From positions 3,387 to 67,386 of the forward strand of contig JAGBHF010000090.1 in NCBI GenBank assembly GCA_017935645.1: 64,000 nucleotides of DNA. Reading direction: 5' to 3'. Position 1 is the first letter of the stretch. Each line of letters begins with the position of its first letter. The stretch is from Bacteroidaceae bacterium. GTDB lineage: Bacteria; Bacteroidota; Bacteroidia; Bacteroidales; Barnesiellaceae_A. Position numbers and translations under genes: made by a program. Under the pieces are notes generated by a model. The model was not told where the DNA came from, did no database searches, and saw only the letters and a list, made by a program, of their open reading frames with translations. This document shows positions 8,679 through 17,407 of the stretch, piece after piece.

Positions 8679-10250
8679 ATGATAACACTCATCACTCAAA
8701 TAGTATTAATTATCACACTCATTTTATATGTGGGTGTAGCGCTGAAGTATGAGTTGCAAATGATGCAACAAAACAGCTATCGCAACAAACGTTACTGGAA
8801 TTGGATGACAAAAAACGGCGACTCATCATCACCCCGACGTCTCACCGTTTACTTCCTCTTGTTGATGTCATGCACTCGATTTACTCCCGAGATTATACAT
8901 CCCTTTATCGCGGTGATATTGTTGGTATTGGCAGTGCGTGAGTTGCGCATGAAGTACAAGAAACCCGTGGTATTTACCCAACGTGCCACACGCTTGTATA
9001 TAGCCTCGTGGGTGGTTGTATTGCTACACACAACCTTGTGGGCATCCTTGACACGATTTGATTTAAGTGTTATACCCATACTCATGCTCTGTGCGGCAGC
9101 CTTCTCATGGGTAGTGATATTGCTGGCCAACCTGCTTATGCACCCCATCGAGATGCAAATCAATCGTGGTTTCTACAACGAAGCGAAGAAGATACTTGAA
9201 GCCATGCCCAACCTTCGCATCATTGGTGTGACCGGCAGCTATGGCAAGACAAGCACCAAGCATTACCTATATCGCATCCTCAGCGAGAAATACAACGTAT
9301 TGATGACCCCCGGCAGCTACAATACACCCATGGGTGTAATACGCACCGTACGCGAAATGATGAAACCTTATTACGATGTGTTTATCGTAGAGATGGGAGC
9401 CAAACAACTGGGCGACATCAAAGAGATATGCGACCTTGTATGCCCCACAATAGGTATCGTAACGGCTGTGGGCGAGCAACACTTGGAGTCATTCAAGTCG
9501 ATAGAAAATGTACAACGCACCAAGTTTGAGTTGGTCGATGCCCTACCGGCCGACGGGTTGGCGGTTGTAAACAACGACTTTGAATATATTGCCAACCGCA
9601 CCGTGAGCAATGTACCCGTGAAACGATATGCCCTCGCCCCCGGAGCCGATTATCATGTAGAAGATGTAGAGTATGGCGAGGTAGAGACCCGTTTTGCCAT
9701 AGTAGGTGAAGGTCGTCGCATAGAACTTGCCACCAAGTTGGTAGGTGACTGCAACTTGTCGAACCTCATGGCATCGGTTATCGTTGCATTACACCTTGAT
9801 GTACCTGAGAAATCGATACGCTACGGTGTGAGCCAGATAGAGCAAGTAGAACATCGCTTGAATATGAAACGCACACCCGGAGGCTTGTCGATAATCGACG
9901 ATGCCTTCAACTCAAACCCCGATGGCGCACGCATGGCACTCGACGTGCTCGGTCGCATCAAGACAGGCAAACGCATTGTTATCACACCGGGTATGATAGA
10001 GCTGGGCGATAAACAAGTGGAATATAACAAGCGATTGGGTGTACAAATGGCTTCGGCCGCCGACTATGTAATGGTGGTGGGAGCATACAACCGCGATGCT
10101 ATACTCGCCGGTCTTGCCGAAGGAGGCATGCCCGAGGAGAAGATTTTTGTAGCCGACAGTTTTGCCACGGCACAAGCTCGTCTGGTACAGATAGCCCGCG
10201 CGGGTGATGTGGTGTTGTACGAAAACGACCTGCCCGACACATTCAAGTAA
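8679..10250 (+). CDS. Mur ligase family protein (MurF-like) with an N-terminal ~165-aa polytopic membrane domain
   Basis: Central P-loop GVTGSYGKTSTK plus a Mur-ligase C-domain (DDAFNSNP...). The usual soluble MurF N-domain is replaced by about 4-5 hydrophobic helices. Confidence 0.7.
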   Translation: MITLITQIVLIITLILYVGVALKYELQMMQQNSYRNKRYWNWMTKNGDSSSPRRLTVYFLLLMSCTRFTPEIIHPFIAVILLVLAVRELRMKYKKPVVFTQRATRLYIASWVVVLLHTTLWASLTRFDLSVIPILMLCAAAFSWVVILLANLLMHPIEMQINRGFYNEAKKILEAMPNLRIIGVTGSYGKTSTKHYLYRILSEKYNVLMTPGSYNTPMGVIRTVREMMKPYYDVFIVEMGAKQLGDIKEICDLVCPTIGIVTAVGEQHLESFKSIENVQRTKFELVDALPADGLAVVNNDFEYIANRTVSNVPVKRYALAPGADYHVEDVEYGEVETRFAIVGEGRRIELATKLVGDCNLSNLMASVIVALHLDVPEKSIRYGVSQIEQVEHRLNMKRTPGGLSIIDDAFNSNPDGARMALDVLGRIKTGKRIVITPGMIELGDKQVEYNKRLGVQMASAADYVMVVGAYNRDAILAGLAEGGMPEEKIFVADSFATAQARLVQIARAGDVVLYENDLPDTFK

Positions 10251-10280
10251 CAAGAAAATCGACAATAGAAAACTGAAATA

Positions 10281-11477
10281 ATGAAAACAACTGTAGGAGT
10301 ATTTTTCGGAGGTCGCTCGGTAGAGCATGAAATTTCGGTGCTTACAGCCCTCCAAGCCATGTATGCTTTTGATAGTAACAAATATAATATAGTACCTGTA
10401 TATATATCGAAAGAGGGTCGCTGGTATAGTGGCGAGGCTCTTATGTCGGTATCGAACTTCCGCGACATGAATGCCCTCAAAGCACAATGCGAGGAGGTAT
10501 ACATGAACCCCGAGTATGGCGATTACAACCTCTACCGTCGCAAAAAGAAACTCTTCGGCAACCCCATTGTAGCCACGCTTGATGTAGTGATACCGGCATT
10601 GCACGGTACAAATGGCGAGGATGGTGTATTCCAAGGTTTGTTGGAAACCATCGGCATACCCTTTGCCGGATGCAACACACTCTCGGCAGCCATCGGTATG
10701 GACAAGATTGTGATGAAAATGGTACTTGAGAGCTGCAATATACCCATTGTCGATTATGTGTGGTTTACCGACAAGCAATGGTTTGCCGACCGTGACCGTT
10801 GGGCTGATGAGGTAGAACAAAAAATAGGCTACCCCGTAATCGTAAAACCCGCCAATTTGGGTTCAAGTGTAGGTATTTCACGTGCCGACAACCGCGCCGA
10901 ATTTATGACCAAGGTCGACGAGGCAAGCCGCTATTCGACTCGCTTGGTAGTTGAGGACTTGGTAGAGAACCTCAAAGAGATAAACTGCTCGGTACTGGGC
11001 GACTGCGACGACTACATGGCATCGGTATGTGAAGAGCCTATCAAAAGTGGCAAGATACTCTCGTATGAGGACAAATATATGGGTGGTAGTCAAGGCGAAA
11101 GTGGCATGCAAGCCAGCGAGAAACGCATCCCCGCCGATCTCACTCCCGAACAAACAGCCCGCGTACAATTCCTTGCCGGCGAGACTTTCCGTGTACTCTC
11201 TTGTCACGGTGTAGCTCGTGTCGACGTGATGATAGACGATAATACCGGCGATATATATGTAAACGAAATCAATGCCATCCCCGGCTCATTGTCGTTCTAC
11301 TTGTGGGAAGCCACCAAAGTACCCTTCGACGAATTGATGGATCGCATGGTACAACTCGCCCTCAAACGCAAGCGCGAAGCTGCCAACAAGACCGTAAGCT
11401 ATACCCAAAACATCTTTGCCCTCGGCGGTGGCGGCGTAAAAGGAGCAAAAGGCGCCAAAGGCGCTAAGCTGAAATAA
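10281..11477 (+). CDS. ddl: D-alanine--D-alanine ligase family ATP-grasp enzyme (long form with a Gly/Ala/Lys C-terminal tail)
   Basis: The N-terminus VGVFFGGRSVEHEISV, HG..GEDG..QG, the ATP-grasp core and EINAIPG are all typical of Ddl. The C-terminus ends GGGGVKGAKGAKGAKLK. Confidence 0.8.
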   Translation: MKTTVGVFFGGRSVEHEISVLTALQAMYAFDSNKYNIVPVYISKEGRWYSGEALMSVSNFRDMNALKAQCEEVYMNPEYGDYNLYRRKKKLFGNPIVATLDVVIPALHGTNGEDGVFQGLLETIGIPFAGCNTLSAAIGMDKIVMKMVLESCNIPIVDYVWFTDKQWFADRDRWADEVEQKIGYPVIVKPANLGSSVGISRADNRAEFMTKVDEASRYSTRLVVEDLVENLKEINCSVLGDCDDYMASVCEEPIKSGKILSYEDKYMGGSQGESGMQASEKRIPADLTPEQTARVQFLAGETFRVLSCHGVARVDVMIDDNTGDIYVNEINAIPGSLSFYLWEATKVPFDELMDRMVQLALKRKREAANKTVSYTQNIFALGGGGVKGAKGAKGAKLK

Positions 11478-11500
11478 TCGTCAAGACTTCAATTATAAAC

Positions 11501-11542
11501 AGGAGGTGTGTCAAAAACAAACAAGACACACCTCCTTGTTTC
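11501..11542 (+). terminator. Rho-independent terminator after ddl (GGAGGTGTGTC-type hairpin)
   Basis: AGGAGGTGTGTC / GACACACCTCCT 12-bp stem, 12-nt loop, then TGTTTC. Confidence 0.65.
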
Positions 11543-11677
11543 AAGAATAGATACAGCAAGCCTCATATTTGTATGGTTTCGCTGAAAGCGATAAATTACG
11601 CTTTTCAATTTTAATCAGACAGTAATATTTATATGTTGTGATTTAGCGATAGAATTTGATTTCTAAACAATTTTGTT

Positions 11678-11685
11678 TATTTTTG
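11678..11685 (+). promoter_or_regulatory. -7 promoter box TATTTTTG placed 4 nt from the antitoxin ATG (leaderless geometry)
   Basis: The sequence reads TATTTTTG-CACC-ATG. Confidence 0.45.
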
Positions 11686-11689
11686 CACC

Positions 11690-12211
11690 ATGGATAATAG
11701 GATAAACATATTAAAAGGGCTACATCCCGGAATATTCCTTCAACGCGAATTGAAAAAGCGCAAGCTCAAGAGTGGTCAATTTGCAGAGTCTATTGGGGAG
11801 CATCCGCAAACAATGAGTGCCATTATTCGTGGTCGTAGGTCCATGAACACACCGCTATCACTACGTATAGAAAAGGCTCTCGAACTGGAAGAAGGCTTCC
11901 TAATGTCTTTACAAATATTTTATGATATAGCCTTAGAGAAGCAAAAAACGGCAATAAACAATCGCCCGGATATATCAAAATTCAGCCCCACTCTTTTTTG
12001 GGACACAAGCATTGATAATATCAACTTTGCAGAGCATAGTAAGTTTGTCATCAACCGCGTATTTGAGCGTGGAACAGAATCTGAGATTTATGAGATAATA
12101 CGTTTCTATGGACGTGAAAAGATTTTGAGCGAGTTAGATATAACACAACACTCGCCATTTGCAATAAATATTAGGAAAAACCTAAAACAGTACCTCAACT
12201 ATGAAGCATAG
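11690..12211 (+). CDS. HigA-like XRE-family HTH antitoxin with an extra C-terminal domain
   Basis: The N-terminus LHPGIFLQRELKKRKLKSGQFAESIGEHPQTMSAIIRGRRSMNTPLSLRIEKAL is a HigA/VapI-type HTH. The ~85-aa C-terminal extension (FWDTSIDNINF...IIRFYG) is of the kind seen upstream of AbiEii-type NTases in Bacteroidota. Confidence 0.7.
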   Translation: MDNRINILKGLHPGIFLQRELKKRKLKSGQFAESIGEHPQTMSAIIRGRRSMNTPLSLRIEKALELEEGFLMSLQIFYDIALEKQKTAINNRPDISKFSPTLFWDTSIDNINFAEHSKFVINRVFERGTESEIYEIIRFYGREKILSELDITQHSPFAINIRKNLKQYLNYEA

Positions 12212-12262
12212 AAGTTTACAATATAATACAGTGAAACCCATTCTGCGCACCACTCTCGGCGA

Positions 12263-12850
12263 TTGATGTTGATTGAGGAATTCGCCCCATTTCGGCTTGT
12301 AGGTGGCACATCGCTCTCTTTACGATATGGACATCGTATGTCGGACGATATTGACTTGTTTACAGACGCAACATACGGCTCTATTGATTTTCAGAGTTTA
12401 CAGAATATTTTGCAAAAAGCCTTTCCCTATTGTATAGGCGATTGTGGGTACAATGTTAGCTTTGGAGCATCTTACATCGTAGGTAACTCGAAAGAGGAGT
12501 GTGTAAAATTGGATCTGTTTTATACTGATACTTTTATACGACCTGTAGAAAAACATGACACTATTCGCATGGCTGCCGTTGATGATATTGTAGCGATGAA
12601 AATAGATGTAATAAGTAGAGGCGGTCGAAAAAAGGACTTCTGGGATATACATCTATTACATAATGAATATTCGATAGAACAAATGGTATCGCTGTATGAA
12701 GAACGATATCCTTTTGGAGCCAATCGAGATGAGTGTATAGCCGGATTTACCAACTTCTCACTTGCTGATGCAGAACCTAACCCTATTTGTTTACAAGAGA
12801 AAAAATGGCAGTTGATAAAACTTGATTTTACAGAGTGGATAAGTTATTGA
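12263..12850 (+). CDS. Nucleotidyltransferase AbiEii/AbiGii-family toxin-like protein (short form)
   Basis: FRLVGGTSLSLRYGHRMSDDIDLF is the minimal-NTase G[GS]...DxD motif of DUF1814/AbiEii. The start is TTG 12263 or ATG 12266. It lies 52 nt downstream of the HTH gene. Confidence 0.65.
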   Translation: MMLIEEFAPFRLVGGTSLSLRYGHRMSDDIDLFTDATYGSIDFQSLQNILQKAFPYCIGDCGYNVSFGASYIVGNSKEECVKLDLFYTDTFIRPVEKHDTIRMAAVDDIVAMKIDVISRGGRKKDFWDIHLLHNEYSIEQMVSLYEERYPFGANRDECIAGFTNFSLADAEPNPICLQEKKWQLIKLDFTEWISY

Positions 12851-12861
12851 TAATATTTTAC

Positions 12862-12869
12862 TATATTTG
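12862..12869 (+). promoter_or_regulatory. Possible -7 box TATATTTG far upstream of the lipoprotein gene
   Basis: Exact TAnnTTTG match, but 268 nt upstream of ATG 13137, so the assignment is weak. Confidence 0.25.
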
Positions 12870-13136
12870 CAATGTGTAGGCGTTGTCCTATACAAGACAT
12901 TTTAAAAATATTTGCTCAATAGCCTTCAGAATCACCACCTCGGAAAGTTGCGAGCGAAACAATACATATTGGGAGTGTGTACTATAAAGTGCAGGCTCGA
13001 ACCAATTGTATTGTGGTTTGTGGTGAACCTTGAAGGCGTTGGCAAAAGTCTGCGCTTTCCTTTTATAGTTAGTGCAGATAAAAACAATGGCAATATTGAG
13101 GTTGATTGTAAATGTTTAACACTAAAATATTATATC

Positions 13137-14408
13137 ATGAAAAAGTTTATTTTTTTAGTAATGACAACATTCACACTTGCACTGTGGAGTTGTGGAAAAT
13201 ACAACGACATTCCAGGTAATGAAGGTGAGCTATCAGAAGATCTTATCGTTTCGGTTGAAATTGAACAAATCGAGCAATATATGATGAGTTTTCGTATAGA
13301 CTCTACTAATGCTGAGAAAATCTCATATGTTGTAATAGAGTACTCAGAAGAGGTACCCTCCGCATCATTCGTTTTACTCAATGGCGAGTCAGTACCCATT
13401 GATAGCAAAGAGCCGGTTGTGGTTACAGATCTGTCGAGCTTTACCTGTTATAAGCTACTTATTGCAGCCGAAGGTGCAGGTAAAACAACTATGATTAATC
13501 CTATCACGTTCCGTACTAAAGCTGAAGGATATATTACATTTCGCAGCACTATATCATCTATAAGTGCCGCCGAATCAAAGGATGGTGTTGTTTCTACTAT
13601 CGAGCTTCCCATTCAATGCGTTTCATTTGAAGACATTACAGCTTCGGTAAACTTCGCCACTACAGATACAGCTTATGCAGAAGATGTTCGTGCTAAAGAA
13701 GGTACGGATTATATAGTGAAGAGTGTTACTACTTACAACCTCGACGCTACTAAAAATCGTATCAACGAAGTTACTACCGACTTGACTGTAGCCGGTGTTG
13801 AAAGAGTTATCAACTTCGATGCCGAGCATTGTTATGCAACTCTTGTTATCGAAACTATCGACAACTATACAAAAGATGGCAATAAGAAATTTGATGTAGT
13901 TCTTACAACTGCTAACGGTTGTAGCCTCACTAGTTACAATAGAATTGCTATCATAATTGCCGACGATGAGAACCCCTTGAGCCAACTCTTCGGTACTTAT
14001 ACAGCTACTGCAGTTTCTGCTTCCAACGGTTTTCCCCCCAATGTAAACTGGGAAGTAACTATCACTGCCGATGACGAGACAGAAGATAAGATATGGATTC
14101 ACCCCATCTGCTTGTTTGGTGGCTTGAGTGCACATGACATCTACCCCGTTTATGCTACTGTTGACCTCGCTCAAGGTATCATCCAAATGCCTTATGGTCA
14201 ATGCTTATACGGCGGTAATAATCATAAATACAACTTGGTTACGGCCGGTCTTGGAGACGAGCCTATCTTGTCAGGTGAAAACATTGCGACACTTACAATG
14301 GGTGATGAAGTTGTAATTGAATGGCAAAGTGACCTCGGTGTTGGTAACACTAATGCCAACGAGTGGTGGTATCAAGCTATTAAAGAGATTGTCTTTACAA
14401 AAAAATAA
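13137..14408 (+). CDS. Lipoprotein with an Ig/Fn3-like N-domain, a Calx-beta-like domain, and a C-terminal uncharacterized NEWWYQAI domain
   Basis: Lipobox MKKFIFLVMTTFTLALWSCG. The Calx-beta-like segment is AEDVRAKEGTDYIV...FDVVLTT...IAIIIADDENP. The C-terminal ~140 aa is paralogous to two domains of the 36557..38404 protein. The upstream part of track ORF 12912.. was rejected. Confidence 0.7.
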   Translation: MKKFIFLVMTTFTLALWSCGKYNDIPGNEGELSEDLIVSVEIEQIEQYMMSFRIDSTNAEKISYVVIEYSEEVPSASFVLLNGESVPIDSKEPVVVTDLSSFTCYKLLIAAEGAGKTTMINPITFRTKAEGYITFRSTISSISAAESKDGVVSTIELPIQCVSFEDITASVNFATTDTAYAEDVRAKEGTDYIVKSVTTYNLDATKNRINEVTTDLTVAGVERVINFDAEHCYATLVIETIDNYTKDGNKKFDVVLTTANGCSLTSYNRIAIIIADDENPLSQLFGTYTATAVSASNGFPPNVNWEVTITADDETEDKIWIHPICLFGGLSAHDIYPVYATVDLAQGIIQMPYGQCLYGGNNHKYNLVTAGLGDEPILSGENIATLTMGDEVVIEWQSDLGVGNTNANEWWYQAIKEIVFTKK

Positions 14409-14516
14409 TCTATTAACCAATAGTGTTTAACGAACTCCCTTTTTATCATCAAGAATGTAAATCAACCGGTCGTTTCGAAAAAACGCTATTAGGACTATTT
14501 AAGTAGGAACATAAAC

Positions 14517-14557
14517 GGAGGGTGTGTCGAAATGAAAATTTTGACACACCCTCTTTT
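14517..14557. terminator. Bidirectional terminator hairpin between the lipoprotein gene and gadB (GGAGGGTGTGTC-type)
   Basis: GGAGGGTGTGTC / GACACACCCTC stem, with a T-run on the + side and an A-rich flank on the other side. Confidence 0.6.
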
Positions 14558-14576
14558 AAGCAATTGGCACTAAACA

Positions 14577-16010
14577 TTATTTCTTCCTGCACCCGGTGTG
14601 GGTGAACATCTTGTTGCAATGATGTTCGTTGCGTTCCATTGCGAGGCGCGAGGGCGTGGGATGCTCGAGTTTCTCGAGGTCGGCAATGGCGGCGCGCATG
14701 TCGTCGAGTAGCATATCGGCCATGTCGCGGCTGAATCCCTGTCGCACGACAATACGCATTACCACCATTTCTTCTATATCCTTGGGCATGGTATATGCCG
14801 GCACCATCCAACCACTCTGTTTCAACTTGTCTTGCAAGTCGTATAGTGTCCACTTGGCGGTCTTGCTGTAGGTGCGACACATAAACCATATAAAGAGCGG
14901 ATTGACAACCTCTTGGCAATAATTGACAAACGGTGTCATCTTGCCTATCTCTTGATGCAAGTAGCGGGCTATCTCCATCGAGTTGTGTTGTACTTGCTTG
15001 TAACCCTCATATCCGAGTCGGATGAATTGATAATACTGACCCAATATTTGTGCCGCAGGTCGTGAGAAGTTCAAGCCTACCTGTGTAATGTCGGCTCCCA
15101 GATAGTTGACCGAGAACGACATCTTGCCGGGCAAGTACTTCTTATCCTTCCACACTACCCAGCCAAGTCCGGGGTATACAAGACCATATTTGTGACCCGA
15201 TGTGCTGATAGAGAGTACCCATTTGAGGCGGAAATCCCAACGTTTCTCGGGATAGAGGAAGGGGAGAATAAATCCGCCCGATGCTGCATCGACATGGATA
15301 GGAATGTCGTGGTGAGTGCGGGCATTGTACTCATCGAGAGCCTTATCCAACGCCTCTACATCGTCATTGAGTCCGGTCCATGTAACACCTTGAATGGGTA
15401 CAACACATATCGTATTCTCATCGCAACGCTTGATAACCTCTTGTGGGTCGAGAGTGGGTTTTTCGAGCGATAGAGGTACGGTGCGCATCTCTATTTGCCA
15501 CAAGTCGGCAAACTTTTCCCACACCACTTGGTAGCCGGTAGAGATAATAAAGTTGGGCTTATCGGTAGGTTTGCCTTGCGCCATGCGACGCTCCTTCCAG
15601 CGCAACCAAGCCGCTACACCACCCAACATACAAGCCTCGGACGAACCAATAGCCAGTGCACCGGTTTTCCACTTATTCTGCTCGGGCGAGTTCCACAAGT
15701 TGGCCACAATGTTTATACACTTGGCATTCATCACAGCCACACGCGGATATTCGGTCTCATCGATATAGTTGATAGCAATAGCCTCATTCATGAGCTTGGT
15801 GGCAAAGGGATCCATATAAGTAGTAACAAATGTGGCCAAGTTGAGACGAGGCTGTGTTTGTGCAAAAGTCTCGTCTTTAACCATTTGATAAGCAATCTCG
15901 GGCCGAGTACCATGTTGAGGAATAGTATCGACAGGTGAGGGTTTCAACATCTCTTCCGAGCCGAATACGGCAGCATGATCGCAGCAATTTTTGTTGTCTG
16001 ATTTTTCCAT
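14577..16010 (-). CDS. gadB: Glutamate decarboxylase (PLP-dependent)
   Basis: Full-length similarity pattern to GadA/GadB: NLATFVTTYMDP, NYIDETEYP, the PLP-lysine motif SGHKYGLVYPGLGWVVW, and a C-terminal THTG-type tail. Confidence 0.9.
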   Translation of the reverse strand: MEKSDNKNCCDHAAVFGSEEMLKPSPVDTIPQHGTRPEIAYQMVKDETFAQTQPRLNLATFVTTYMDPFATKLMNEAIAINYIDETEYPRVAVMNAKCINIVANLWNSPEQNKWKTGALAIGSSEACMLGGVAAWLRWKERRMAQGKPTDKPNFIISTGYQVVWEKFADLWQIEMRTVPLSLEKPTLDPQEVIKRCDENTICVVPIQGVTWTGLNDDVEALDKALDEYNARTHHDIPIHVDAASGGFILPFLYPEKRWDFRLKWVLSISTSGHKYGLVYPGLGWVVWKDKKYLPGKMSFSVNYLGADITQVGLNFSRPAAQILGQYYQFIRLGYEGYKQVQHNSMEIARYLHQEIGKMTPFVNYCQEVVNPLFIWFMCRTYSKTAKWTLYDLQDKLKQSGWMVPAYTMPKDIEEMVVMRIVVRQGFSRDMADMLLDDMRAAIADLEKLEHPTPSRLAMERNEHHCNKMFTHTGCRKK

Positions 16011-16184
16011 AATCCTAATGTCGTTTTATAAGATTTAGCAATGACCTGAAAACGTTCGCTCCATCATGATGGTTGACTGCGATAAGTATTATTAGCCCTT
16101 TTTGTGTTTTGTGAACGCCCTGAATATCTATATCGAACTTAAGAGCCCGATAGTGTGTTATTACTGCCACAAAACTATAATATT

Positions 16185-17402
16185 ATGAAGATAGAAACCG
16201 GACGAGGATACATTCCTCTTATAACCTTGTTGGGAATATGGTCTATCTCGGCACTCAATGCACTGCCGGGACTGGCTGTTTCGCCTATTTTGGGTGAGTT
16301 ACAAAAAATCTTTCCTCACGCGACCGAGTTGGATATACAGATGCTCTCCTCATTACCTTCGCTAATGATTATCCCATTTGTGCTATTGTCCGGCAAACTC
16401 ACCGAGCGCATCGACAACATCCGCTTATTGCAAATAGGTCTGGTTATTTTCGTATTGAGCGGAGTGCTATATCTCATGTCCGACAAGATGTGGCAACTTA
16501 TAGCAATCAGCGCTTTACTTGGTGTTGGTTCGGGTCTTATCATTCCGCTATCGACGGGCTTGATAGGCCGATTCTTTGTAGGTCGCTATCGCACCAAACA
16601 ATTTGGTCTGAGCTCGGCTATTACCAATCTTACTTTAGTAATAGCTACTATAATAACCGGATATTTGGCTGAGGTAGAGTGGCACTTACCCTTTATTGTC
16701 TACTTGTTTCCTATCATATCCATTGTCTTATCATTCCAGTTGCGTAAGGCACTGTCACAAGAGCCCGAGCCATCGACCCACGACAAGCAAACCGACAACG
16801 GTCTGCGTCCGCATGTGCAAGTAGGAGATAACGGTATCGCCATGCATCATCTTGTTGAAGTGATGTTATTCTATGGTTTGGTAACCTATCTCGTGGTGAT
16901 AGTCAGCCTCAATTTGCCCTTTCTTATCGAAGAGCGAGGCATGAATGCCGGCTTGTCCGGAACTTACATATCGCTCTTCTTCTTGGCCATTATGGCGCCC
17001 GGATTTATGCTCAACCGCTTTATCGATGCATGGGGTCGTGCCACACAACTGTGGTGTATGCTCATGATTGTGGTAGGACTGGGGCTGGTGGTTGTCACAA
17101 GCAATGTGTGGCTGGTAGGATTGGGGTGTGTGCTTGCGGGTGTAGGGTATGGCATCATACAGCCCATCATGTACGACCGCACGACTCACATCGTTTTGCC
17201 ACACAAGAGCACTTTGGCTCTTGCCTGTGTCATGGCAATGAACTATGTAGCCATCTTGGCATGTCCGTTTATTGTCAAGTTCTTCAAGCTTATAATGCAC
17301 GATACAAGCGAACTGTTTGCCTTTCAGCTCAACACATTCTTGGCTGCACTCACACTGTTAGTAGCCTTTATCTACCGCAAGTCAGCCCTATTCGATAACT
17401 AA
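16185..17402 (+). CDS. MFS transporter
   Basis: About 12 hydrophobic segments and an MFS loop motif (GKLTERIDNIR). ATG 16185 (MKIETGRGY) is preferred to GTG 16155. Confidence 0.7.
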   Translation: MKIETGRGYIPLITLLGIWSISALNALPGLAVSPILGELQKIFPHATELDIQMLSSLPSLMIIPFVLLSGKLTERIDNIRLLQIGLVIFVLSGVLYLMSDKMWQLIAISALLGVGSGLIIPLSTGLIGRFFVGRYRTKQFGLSSAITNLTLVIATIITGYLAEVEWHLPFIVYLFPIISIVLSFQLRKALSQEPEPSTHDKQTDNGLRPHVQVGDNGIAMHHLVEVMLFYGLVTYLVVIVSLNLPFLIEERGMNAGLSGTYISLFFLAIMAPGFMLNRFIDAWGRATQLWCMLMIVVGLGLVVVTSNVWLVGLGCVLAGVGYGIIQPIMYDRTTHIVLPHKSTLALACVMAMNYVAILACPFIVKFFKLIMHDTSELFAFQLNTFLAALTLLVAFIYRKSALFDN

Positions 17403-17407
17403 AAGGG

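Noticed and set aside
9912-10820. 302-aa minus-strand ORF
   Set aside because: It is the antisense shadow spanning the Mur-ligase/ddl junction. It has no motifs and biased composition.
12870-13136. 267-nt gap upstream of the lipoprotein gene. It contains the TTG-started extension of track ORF 12912 and a 62-codon open minus-strand frame without a start (…AQTFANAFKVHHKPQYNWFEPALYSTHSQYVLFRSQLSEVVILKAIEQIF…)
   Set aside because: I found no start codon and no recognisable motif. It could be a gene remnant marking the islet border, but I cannot support that without a database search.
13623-14201. 192-aa minus-strand ORF
   Set aside because: It is the antisense shadow of the lipoprotein gene and has no signals of its own.
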